A DNA stretch of 64,000 nucleotides from Octopus sinensis (taxonomy: Eukaryota): the NCBI RefSeq assembly GCF_006345805.1, contig NC_043000.1:25544001-25608000 (forward strand). The letters are read 5' to 3'. The position numbers were made by a program, and so were the translations under genes. The notes below the pieces were generated by a model that had not been told where the DNA came from, did no database searches, and saw nothing but the letters and a program-made list of their open reading frames with translations. Position 1 is the stretch's first letter; the number at the start of each line of letters is the position of its first letter. Positions 38,400 through 49,206 of the stretch are shown here, piece after piece.

Positions 38400-38805
38400 T
38401 GCACATATATATGTAAGATTGTGTGTGACAGTGCATGAGTATGTACATACCTATGCAAGCACATATGCATACGTACGACCACATATGTATGAAAGCACAT
38501 TTGCACATGTTTAGGTTTATGTATGCAAAAAATAAATCTTGTCTGTTGTATATAGGTAATTGAAGAAAAAAAATCTTATTTTATATTTGCAATTTTATCA
38601 GATTTTCGTTTTTTGTTTTGTTTTTTTTTTCAAGCTGTTCGTTGGTGTTAAAAGGGTGAGGGAAAGAAAAGTACTAACATTGCTTTAGAGATTCTGTAGA
38701 CATTTGGTAGAGATCCACTCTGCTTATTTTTGATTTTGTATGCAATAATTAATTTTTACCTAAATTAATGGACTCACTTAATGGTAAGTGGTTCCTATAA
38801 ATAGA

Positions 38806-39475
38806 TTTGTGCTTGGGAAATTCGCCGAAAGACAAATTCGCCGAAAGACAAATTCGCCATATCGACAATGATAAAGCTTATGATATCAGCACTTTAGAAA
38901 TAACTACCAGTATCGCCCGGCGTTGCTCGGGTTTGTTTCGACCCTTTAAAATTGGAATTTTTGAAAAGTAAAAATTTTGCATTATGTAGCTTGTTATTCT
39001 CTTTAAGTGAACATTTTTCTGGTTGAAATACACCGAAAAAAGGCGACACAGCAGTAAAAAAATCGTAAAAGATAGGGATTTTCATAGAAAAAAAGCACCA
39101 TTTTGATGTAAATAATTTTTGGTCTTAACATGGTCCGATTCTACGGAAGCCTTCTTCTATCATACTCTCAATTTTGGTCAACTTGCACCGCGGGGTCCCG
39201 GAGAAGATAGTGTTAGTTGAAGGCTATACACAGACAACTTCAGCTTTATATATATAGAGAGATTTGTGCTCGGAAAATTCGCCGAAAGACAAATTCGTCA
39301 TATCGACAATGATAAAGCTTATGATATCAGCACTTTTTACAAATAATAATAAAAGAAGAATGATGAAAAATTTTATAAAAGCATAAAAAAAAAAGGCAAT
39401 TCTTTATTCAACACTGAAAAACGTGTTCAGGTCATTTGAAATGAAATTTCTCTCGGCGAATTTTCCTACGGCAAA
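38806..39475. mobile_element. MITE-like host element with TTCGCCGAAAGACAAA subrepeats, interrupted by a Helitron
   Basis: AAATTCGCCGA at 38820s and inverted TCGGCGAATTTT at about 39453. Confidence 0.45.
38904..39262 (-). mobile_element. Non-autonomous Helitron
   Basis: A|TCTCTCTATATATATAAA start, hairpin CCCGAGCAACGCCGGG, end GTAG|T (CTAG variant). Confidence 0.8.
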
Positions 39476-39641
39476 GATGTTTATACGAGGTCATTCAACC
39501 CTATTATCTCCCCTAATTTCGCTCTTGCGTCTCATGTTTGATCTTTGACTTCTGGCCGAAATCAGATCGCCATGTTGATTCGCTAGCCTCTGCACGCATA
39601 TTTTTTCTCTCTCCTTCTTTCTGTGTTTTTTTCTCTGTGTA

Positions 39642-39679
39642 TCTTTCTGTTGAAGAACGTAGGCTCGAAACGTTAAAGA
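39642..39679 (+). ncRNA. Minimal type I hammerhead-like motif, variant core CUGUUGA, palindromic stem III
   Basis: TCTTT-CTGTTGA-A-GAAC gtag GCTC-GAAAC-GTT-AAAGA; module 39490-39780 homologous to 630-782. Confidence 0.55.
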
Positions 39680-39792
39680 CTTGTTTTATTTATATTTCCT
39701 GAGCGCCATACTAATACAATTGTTTGTTTGTATTCCACCTGCCTTCGTCTTTTGTCTATTTTCATAAAGCTTCCCGTTATATATATATATAT

Positions 39793-39959
39793 ACGACGGG
39801 CTTCTTTCAGTTTCTGTCTACCAAATCCACTCATAAGGCTTTGATCGGCCCGAGGCTATAGCAGAAGACACTTGCCCAAGGTGCCACGCAGTGGGACTGA
39901 ACCCGGAACCATGTGGTTGGTAAGCAAGCTACTTACCACACAGCCACTCCAGCGCCTAT
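39793..39959 (-). mobile_element. SINE A head, young-looking
   Basis: Near-consensus head. Confidence 0.88.
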
Positions 39960-40249
39960 TTAAACAAATTTAATGAAAATACAGATTGTTTTTTCACATA
40001 CTCTAGTAAATACTGCCGATATTTCTTGCTATCGTGGGTTGTCTTTATTATGTTAAATTTAAAAACGAAGAAAAAATTCGAAATTATCAGACAAATGAAA
40101 CCACTCTATTGCAAATGGACAATAAATGCGTTCAAGTATTGTACATCTCTATTATGATGTCTTCAAGAAAAATATCAGCTTATCGTTTGTTAGCTTTGCC
40201 AATCGGCTAATTGGCATTGCATGTTTTGCTAGACGTATACCAATGATGT

Positions 40250-40860
40250 GATGTCTGCTGAGGTATTTTTTAAAATTTTTATATTGTATTTAAGATAGAC
40301 TTGTCGCTTGAGTTTTATTTTGGTTGCGCTATGGTGGTGACTGGTTGGGATGACGAAGAAAATTTGGTTTCTTGGATTGCGTGTAGAAATAATTGAACAA
40401 CAGACGCAAATATCTAATAAATCTTATCGCACGTGAAGACAAATCTGCGTTGGCCTTTTGCAGATAACAACAGCAATAATTGCATACTGGGAAAGAATGC
40501 GTTTGCAACAACTATTGATAGGGCAATATGCGTAGCGATGGAGGTTCCTGTCATCTATCTGCGCCATCTGTCTTAACGGTCTCCCTGGGTTGTCTAGCAG
40601 TGTCGTCTGGTGTGGCAGGAATGGGGAGATATTGCTCAGATGCCTCAGTATTCCGAAATAAATTACCGCCAAAAGCAAGCGGTCTTTTATAGGGCACAAG
40701 AAGATTCTAGAAGATTGAATTGTGCGATAGCTTTACGCTGATTGGTTGCTTAATAGACCGATCACGTGAATCTGTGTGGTTCGGTCGTGATATCTGACTG
40801 ACGTTTCCAGGGTTTCGGTTTCGAAACACCCGTTACAGACCCTTTTAAATCGAGTCTTAT
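40250..40860. promoter_or_regulatory. CpG-rich unique region, promoter-like (CCAAT-like CTGATTGG at about 40738; CACGTG at about 40764)
   Basis: High CpG density by eye, non-repetitive. Confidence 0.3.
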
Positions 40861-41208
40861 GTTTAAAAACTCACACACACACAGTTCGCTAACAACTCAG
40901 CTCCCTTAATGCTCAAAATTGTTTCAGGAGTTAACCGACCCCTTTGGATAATCACATTGGCCCTTGTGATAGTGGTGGTGACAGAGGCGGGAGGATAATA
41001 TTGATCAATTTGCTGACCCCTAGTCTATATAAGTACTGTCTCAACAAATTTGGCTTCCATTTCATTAAGAAAACCAACTTTTCAAAGGCATTTTGCTTTT
41101 GAGATAAAAAGAAAAAAAAGGATATTTTTAAAATCACTACAGCGAAGTAAACCGTTTCTATGCCTATGTATTCGGTGTCTTCAATCTTAGTTATTATGAT
41201 CATAATCT

Positions 41209-41442
41209 AAGGCGGCGAGCTGGCAGAAACGTTAGCACGCCGGGCGAAATGCGTAGCCGTATTTCGTCTTCCGTTACGTTCTGAGTTCAAATTCAGCTGA
41301 GGTCGACTTTGCCTTTCATCCTTTCGGGGTCGATTAAATAAGTACCAGTTACGCACTGGGGTCGATATAATCGACTTAATACCTACGTCTGTCCTTGTTT
41401 GTCTCCTCTGTGTTTAGCCCCTTGTGGGTAGTAAAGAAATAT
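41209..41442 (+). mobile_element. SINE family B, full, 16-bp TSD with 2 mismatches
   Basis: ATTATGATCATAATCT 41193-41208 / ATTATGGTCACAATCT 41443-41458. Confidence 0.9.
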
Positions 41443-42188
41443 ATTATGGTCACAATCTTTTGACTGTTATACCATCTGGCTTTTTTCAGATCTTTCATAT
41501 TCGGTAACGTTCTCAGAATTTCAAACTGAACTTCTTATTTGAGATCCCGAGAGTAGATTGTTCTAATGTTTTCCTTACTAGGGACACTCTCATATTAATT
41601 ATCTTCGTCCCTATGATGCTTACTTGCTTGTTACAAAGTTAAATAAATTTTTAAAAATTCTTATTTAAACCTAAATACTCAAAAACTCAGATTTGACGTT
41701 TTATTTATTTATTTATTTACTTTATTTTTTTTGTCTGTTGTTGTCTAAAAGTAGCATGTGTTATAGTCAGAATGAAGATGCTCAGCGTGATTTTAATTGA
41801 TAATTCCAGCTTGACAAAGCTTTGCACACGTCAGCAAATTTATTATTTGTTGTTTACATATTCAAATGCCAATTCTTAATGGGCTATGAACGACGGATAC
41901 GGTGTCTTTTTCTGATGCAGTTACTGCATACCGACAGCTGATATTGGTGTGTTTACGTCCTCCATAACTTAACGGTTCGGCAATAAGTGATTGAGAGAAT
42001 AAGTACCAGGATTTTTTAAAAATATAAGTACTGGGGGTTGATGATTCGACTAAAAATTTTTGCAAGGCAATGCTCCAGCATGGCTGCGGTCTGATGACTG
42101 AAACAAAAGAACAGGTGAGATGTTTTGGATTTAATTTGTGGTTTGGGTTGTGAAACAAGGAGTTTACAGGGAATCCAGAAGTTGGTAT

Positions 42189-42585
42189 TTCTTTTCTACT
42201 CTAGGCACAAAGCCTGAAATTTTTTGGGAGGGTGCCAGTCGGCTAGGTTAACTCAGTACACAACTGGTACTTAATTTATCGACCCCGAAAAGATGAAGGG
42301 CAGAATCAACCTCGGCAGAATTTGAACTCAGAACATAAAGACAGATGAACTACCTATTTCTTTACTACCCACAAGGGGCTAAACACAGAAGGGACAAACA
42401 AGGACAGACAAACGGATTAAGTCGATTATATCGACCCAGTGCGTAACTGGTACTTATTTAATCGACCTTGAAAGGATGAAAGGCAAAGTCGAACTCGGCG
42501 GAATTTGAACTCAGAATGTAGCGGCAGACGAAATACCGATGAGCAATTCGCCCGGCGTGCTAATGTTTCTGCCAGCTCGCCACCT
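42189..42585 (-). mobile_element. Chimeric SINE B dimer (type 2 full copy plus type 1 3' part) under a single TSD
   Basis: TCCAGAAGTTGGTAT at 42174-42188 and 42586-42600. Confidence 0.85.
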
Positions 42586-42852
42586 TCCAGAAGTTGGTAT
42601 ATTGTATGTATTTTGGTGGTGTTATTGTGATGAAGTTAGCTTGGTCAAGATCAGATTCCATTTTAGTTAGAAAATGAAAGAGAAAGATTGAGAGCAGTTC
42701 GATAATGGATCAGTGTCTCCCTAGAGCTGGGCTTCCCTGCCAGGTGGGCACACTGCTTTAATTCCGTCTGTCTAGAACAGGGGTTCTCAACCAGGGTTCA
42801 TCTGGCCCCTGGGGATCCATATAAAATTTTGGGGGTCCACACAAGAAAATAG

Positions 42853-43481
42853 GGTAAATTTTGATATTAACACGCGCGATTTTCACTAAGAAAAAAAAAT
42901 TACTGAAGACTACCAAGAGGAACGTGGAGATCGAATGGTTGTACTTCGACCAGGAGCTCCAAGACTGGGATTGTTTGTTCCTTCTCGACCCACGCCTGAC
43001 TCATAAGGGCCGGTTTCCCGGTTTCCTTGGCGTATAGGTTCCCCACCTGGACGGGACGCCGGTCTGTCGCAGGTGAGCTGCAAGATGCAGGAGGAAAGAG
43101 TGAGAGAAAGTTGTGGCGAAAGAGTCAGCAGAAGTTCGCCATTACCTCCTGCCGGAGCTGCGTGGAGCTTAGGTATTTCGCTCATAAACACACGCATCGC
43201 CCGGTCTGAGATTCGAACCCGCGATCCCTCGACCGCGAGTCCGCTGCTCTAACCACTAGGCCATGTGCGTCTACAAGACTGGGATAGTATAGCCCTTTTC
43301 CTTTAGGAAGATTTGAAGTGGACTCCGGTACTTTATCCCAGTCTTGGAGCTCCCGGTCGAAGTACAACTATTTCATCTCCACGTCACTCTTGGTAATCTT
43401 CGTAATTGCAGTCCTGGTAGTCTTCCGTAATTTTTTTTTTCCTTAGTGAAAATCGTGCGGGTGTTAATATCAAAATTTACC
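42853..43481. mobile_element. Merlin-like foldback MITE, TIRs of about 120 bp, 8-bp TSD
   Basis: GGTAAATTTTGATATTAACAC...GTGTTAATATCAAAATTTACC; TSD GAAAATAG 42845-42852 / 43482-43489. Confidence 0.8.
42972..43273 (-). mobile_element. tRNA-derived SINE family D with 12-bp TSD
   Basis: A-box TGGCCTAGTGG, B-box GGTTCGAATC; TSD CAAGACTGGGAT 42960-42971 / 43274-43285. Confidence 0.92.
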
Positions 43482-43502
43482 GAAAATAGTAAATTATGGA
43501 TC

Positions 43503-43660
43503 CAGGAGTGGCTGTGTGGTAAGTAGCTTGCTTACAAGCCACATGGTTCTGGGTTCAGTCCTACTGCGTGGCACCTTGGGCAAGTGTCTTCTGCTATAGC
43601 CCCGGGCCGACCAATGCCTTGTGAGTGGATTTGGTAGACAGAAACTGAAAGAAGCCTGTC

Positions 43661-43731
<71 letters not shown>

Positions 43732-43950
43732 GTGTGTGTGCTTGTGTGTCTGTGTTTGTCCCCCTAGCATTGCTTGACAACCGATGCTGGTGTGTTTACG
43801 TCCCCGTAACTTAGCGGTTCGGCAAAAAGAGACCGATAGAATAAGTACTGGGCTTACAAAGAATAAGTCTCAGGGTCGATTTGCTCGACTAAAGGCGGTG
43901 CTCCAGCATGGCCGCAGTCAAATGACTGAAACAAGTAAAAAAAAAAAAAG
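43503..43950 (+). mobile_element. SINE family A, full
   Basis: Near-consensus. Confidence 0.9.
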
Positions 43951-44224
43951 AAAGAAAAAAGTATCTTAAAAGCCCCTAAATAACATTTTGCTTTAGATGT
44001 ATTTATTGCAAGAAACAGCCAGGTTTCTTTCTCCGCCATTTTACATAGTTCGACCTACACAAGTGAATGTGTGTAAAAAAAAAAAATGGGAATTTTGAAA
44101 GAAGTTTCTCTAAAACTAATTTTTAAACATTGAATGGTGACGGGGGTTCACCAGAATAAAACAGTGATCAAAGGGGTCCATAGGCAAAAAAATTGTTGAG
44201 AACCCCTGGTCTAGAGTATGTGTA

Positions 44225-44683
44225 CAGTAATCCCTCGACTACCGCGAGTGTTACGCCCCCCCCCCCCCCGCGATAGGTGAAAATCCGCGAAGTAGAAAAC
44301 ACATGGCATGAGCAAAAACAATATTTTTACCGATGGATTTCTCCACCATCCGTTACCTAATTTTTGCGTATGTACGTATATGTGTATCCCCTTAGGTAGC
44401 ATCCTATCCAAGTTATATATATATATATATATAACACATACGTAGTCCTATGGAGAGGGAATTGTTGAGCCTGTCGTAAATATATTGACCAGAGTAGTCC
44501 ATGATACACGAAACCGGAAATACGAGATAGGTCTTAACTTGAATCTCTTTGATCGTTGTACATTATGCATATATTTTATCATTTTTATAAATTGTATATA
44601 TTTATTTTATTATAAATGCAAAACAACACTACAGAGTAATCGACGTAAGCTTAAATAATAAACCGCGATAGGTGAATCACGCG
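44225..44683. mobile_element. Tigger/pogo-like MITE, right end truncated, with internal insertion
   Basis: TA|CAGTAATCCCTCG start; CCGCGATAGGTGAA subterminal motif twice. Confidence 0.6.
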
Positions 44684-45139
44684 TGTCAGAGAAAGAGAGA
44701 GAGAGAGAGATATGCACGTTCCTTGAGACGTAAGAATTCTCGCATTTTGTTATTGTTGGAGATGATGATTATGATATTGCCCCAGGTCAGGTCCCGATGG
44801 AGAAAACCAAACCAACGACCAAAGACATTCAAGTTATGACCTATCTCGTATTTCAGACTACGTGTATCATGGACTATTCTATGAAGTGTATTTACGGCAA
44901 GTTCAGTAATTCCCTCTCCATAGGACTACGTTTGTGTGTGTATGTATATATTGTTGCTGGTGATGACTTCGATAGGAAGATACCTAAAGGTATACATATA
45001 TAGTGGCGGAATGGCCAGGTTGCCAGCTTGTCCGATGGCAAGTGAGCCCCTGCGCCATTAGAATCCCCATATATGGGGGCCCATCCCCTCAAGTTTGAGA
45101 ATTTTTTATTCACTCCTGGAAGAATGCATTAATTATTTC

Positions 45140-45722
45140 GGTAAATTTCTGTATTAGCACCCGCACGATTTTCACTAAGAAAAAAAAAAAAAACTCGGAG
45201 TTTTTTGCGTGGAATCAAGTACCCTGACCTCTTTAATATGCTGTAAATCCCTTGTTTTGGTTTGGAAAAAAAAGGTGTGGTGGGGTGGGGGGGGTTGCAT
45301 CTCGGAATCATTGGAATATACTGGATGCAGCATATGAGGAGGTCAGGGTATTTGATTCTACGCAAAAGAATCCAATATATATTTTCCTTAGTGAAAATCG
45401 TGCGAGTGAAAAGATCAATGGGGATGGGGGGGGGTGAAGTTTCCGAGGCTTCCACCTCACACGACTCCGTTTTTCGCATCTCCCCACAAAGGGTTTTGAA
45501 GCATAGGAGGTCACAGGAATTCATTCAACGAAAAAAAAGAAAAATTCCAATTATTCCGGGATGGGGGTGTCCCCTTCCCTCGCCCCCCTTTTCCCAAACC
45601 AAAATAAGGGATTTGCAGCATATTAGGAGGTTAGGGTACTTGACTCCACGCAAAAAGAAAATCCGAGTTTGTTTGTTTTTTTCTTCGTGAAAATCGTGCG
45701 GGTGTTAATACAGAAATTTACC
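45140..45722. mobile_element. Merlin-like MITE with perfect 8-bp TSD and duplicated right subterminal region
   Basis: GGTAAATTTCTGTATT / AATACAGAAATTTACC; TSD ATTATTTC 45132-45139 / 45723-45730. Confidence 0.85.
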
Positions 45723-47029
45723 ATTATTTCTGCCTGGCTGTGTTTGTAGACAGTTGAAAAGAATACTTTTAACCAAAAAGAAAAAAAATTAAATGATATC
45801 ATTGTAGTTGCGGGTGGGTCCCCTTAGTCTCCTAGCAACCAATACTTTTAGACCCACTCCACCACAGTACACATACACGTACATACACAAAAATTAGGTA
45901 TCGAATGGTGGAGAAATCCATCGGTAAAAATATTGGTTTTTGCCCATGCAGTGTTCTTTTTTCTTTTTCTTTTTTTTTTTTTGAAGATGGTAGGGTGTGG
46001 TGGTGTGATCCGAGAGCTATTAGGCTGCTATTTCTAGCAGGTGGAGTGCTTACGCAGTGACATCCTCCTTGACAACGAGAGTTTTTGTTAAGTTTTCTCC
46101 ATTCGGTGAAGCATTGTCGAAGATTATTAGATTTATCATTTAGAAGTACAGCACAACTAAAATGGTGGCGTGTGGTTCGTGTGAAGCAGGGAGGGAGGGT
46201 GTTATATTATGCTGGCATTCCTATACAATAGAGTCGGAAATTAACTAGTGTGCCCATAACTGTAAAGTTGTCGGGTTGCATGTTTTATGCATCGTAGATT
46301 ATGAATCTGCCAGAAGAAAAGGAGGAGATGGTCTCTTTTTTACCCGTTCCCTCTTTTGCAGATTCCCTAAAAGATAAATTTTTAACGACAAACTTTATTT
46401 TTTAATGGCTGTTTCAGTTATACGAATTATAACGGGTCTTTGATACTCTGATGTCAATTTTAATTTCAGTGACCCTCCATCATGAAGGTTTATTCTCTTG
46501 TTTTATGTGTTTATACATTGCAATATACTGTAAGTTTCTAGTCGAAATAAATAAATTAAAAATTATATTATCGGTTGTATGCGTAAATATTGATTTCTAA
46601 CAATAGCATAAGACCACAACTTGTAAGAAGGATTATAGACGAAGTCTACCATGGTAGGAGTTGAAATCATAACGTAAACTAAACTGTACACCACAATCTA
46701 TTTTATCCATCGTTCCACCAATTCTGGAATAGAACCCGTTTCAGGTTCTATCCCAGAATTGTGATAGACAACTAAACAAGCTGGAATAAATAGATGCTGT
46801 ATTGTAGCTAATTCATTGTTTTACTCAATGGCGTAGCTTGAGACACGCAGACCACTCATGGTGGCCATTTTGTGGACGTATGTTTGTAGTCAAAGTATGT
46901 TACGTTTAATTTAAGGGGTCACCAAATACTTGCTATGCCACTGGTTTCATCCACACTTCACTCTGTTAGACTGTGAGCATGAAATCGTCATTTTTTGGTG
47001 GGGGTCATTTTGTTTGTCTTTTTACTCCG

Positions 47030-47780
47030 AGGCATGGCTGTGTGGTAAGAAGCTTGCTTCCCAACCACATTGTTGGGGGTTCAGTTCAACTGCCTGGCAC
47101 CTTGGGCAAGTGTCTTCTATTATAACCTCAGGCCGACCAAACCCTGGTGAGTGAATTTGGTAGACGGAAACTGAAAGAAGCCTGTCGAATATATACACGT
47201 GTGTGTGTCTTTGTGTCAGCGTTTGCGCCCTACCGCCGTTTGACCACTGATGCTGGTTTGTTTACGTCCCTGTAACTTTAGCGTTGACAAAAAAGTACTG
47301 GTGTCGATTCATTCGATCAAAAGAAATTCTTCAAGGTGGTGCTCCAACATGGCCGCAGTCTAACGACTGAAACGAGCAAACGATAAGATATATTTACCAG
47401 TATGACCCACTTTAACTGACCCCCCCACCAGTCCTTCCTAAGATCTGTAATTCTGCATAGAATCTTCATGTATTTTTAAATATTTCTTATCAGATCATGT
47501 TGAGGTCAGTTGTTATATTTCGTCATCCTCATCATCATTTAACGTCCGTTGTCCATGCTGGCATGGGTTGGACGGTTTGACCAGAGTTGGCAAGCTGGAA
47601 GGCTGCACCAGACTCCAGTCTGATTTGGCATGGTTTCTATGGCTGGATGCCCTTCCTAACAGCAACCACTCCAAGAGTGTAATGGGTGCTTTTTATGTGC
47701 CAATGGCACAGGTGCCATTTGCGTGACACCAGTATCTTCCACAGCTGCAATTTTACTTGGCTCAATAGGTCTTCTTCTCA
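47030..47780. mobile_element. SINE A (+, 47030-47390) and RTE tail (-, 47520-47780)
   Basis: Family motifs. Confidence 0.8.
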
Positions 47781-48339
47781 AGCACAATATAATTCCATAA
47801 ATATAATTATTTCACTAATCAACTTAATGAACAGAAAACAAATCTCAAATTTCATTACACAGTATCTGTGGCAGATACTAGCACCCGTGCTGGTGGCACA
47901 TAAAAGCACCCATGTTTTTAGAATAATTTTACAAGAATTTTGTATCTTTGTTTGGTAATTTAATTCTAAAGATTGACAAAGAGTAAAAACATTCCATGAT
48001 TTTCACCACAACTAAATATTTGAGTAAAATTTACTGATGTAAAATCTTCAAAAATTTATGGTGTCTGGGCCACAAAAATATCATGCTTTGAATTAAATAT
48101 CAGACCAACTTTACACACACACACACAGATGAGAGCTTCTGGTTTGAGGAATCAAAAATAATGCCTGTCATTGATTTTTATTAAATTCTATACTAAACTC
48201 TGTTGCAGAGGCAGTGACAAAGTAGTGTTCTGAGAATGGCCTATATTCTGTACTCAGCTTTGGAATTGTATGTGTGTGTATGTGTTACAAGAATTATAAT
48301 TCCTGTTATTGTACACCATTCCAAGAGTGATTATACAAT

Positions 48340-48530
48340 GTACTCAAAATATGGAATAGAAAAACAACCAACAACTGATGAAAGGTCGTTGTTCATGTTG
48401 CTTGTCTTGTTTTCCATTCGTTTCTTTCGTTGTTCGAAAAAACGTTCATATTCCATGTATTTGTATTTTGTATTTCATGTTGTTTACGTTCTGTGACATC
48501 CTGTGCCTGCATATGCATATACATGTATGT
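48340..48530 (+). repeat. Unclassified repeat, homologous to 1720-1900
   Basis: CAACT(G/A)ATGAA.GG..GTT...TTGTTCGAAA..A...TTCAT.TTCCATG shared. Confidence 0.55.
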
Positions 48531-48769
48531 ATGTATATATGCATATATATATTATTTATATTATTAATATAATAATATATATACAATGTATATAATATGT
48601 AATTATATATATATGATCATCATACCTGCCTAACTCGGTTGATATGGCATTGAGGTAGATTCGGCCACACCTGTTGAAGGGTACAAAACCTGGATGTAAA
48701 ACACTGGATGATGATGAAGATGACATAAATGAGATATAATTATGGAGGCAATATGGCTGATGCTGGTGT

Positions 48770-49145
48770 TGCATAACTAGCACCTGTGCCAGTGACATAT
48801 AAAAAGCACCTTCCATATGCTGGGCCTCACGGAGGCAATGACAAATGATATGCTTGAAAAGAAGACCCATCAAGCCAAATGAAAGCATAGTTGTGGCAGA
48901 TATTGGTGTCCTGCAAACTGGCACTTGTGCTGGTGGCATATAAAAACACCCATTACACTCTTGGCATTAGGAAGGGCACCCAGCCATAGAAACTATGCCA
49001 AATCAGACTGGAGTCTAGTGCCGCCCCGCTCAGCTTACTAGCCCTAGTCAAACATCCAACCCATGCCAGCATGGACAACAGACGTTAAATGATGACGATG
49101 ACATATATATATAATATATATCTTTTATATGTGTGTATATTTATA

Positions 49146-49206
<61 letters not shown>

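Larger units (their letters stand above)
42778..44208. mobile_element. hAT/Charlie-type MITE containing nested insertions
   Basis: TIR CAGGGGTTCTCAAC / GTTGAGAACCCCTG; TSD GTCTAGAA / GTCTAGAG (NTCTAGAN preference). Confidence 0.9.

Noticed and set aside
40424-40699. 91-aa ORF as a gene
   Set aside because: Starts at TTG, no recognisable domain, and other frames are similarly open.
43195-43273. tRNA gene
   Set aside because: Has A and B boxes but is the head of a SINE with body, tail and TSD; the same holds for the other SINE heads.
48374-48450. Hammerhead (CTGATGA..CGAAAA)
   Set aside because: No stem II closing next to GAAA and no adjacent stem I; the homologous copy near 1751 lacks the core.
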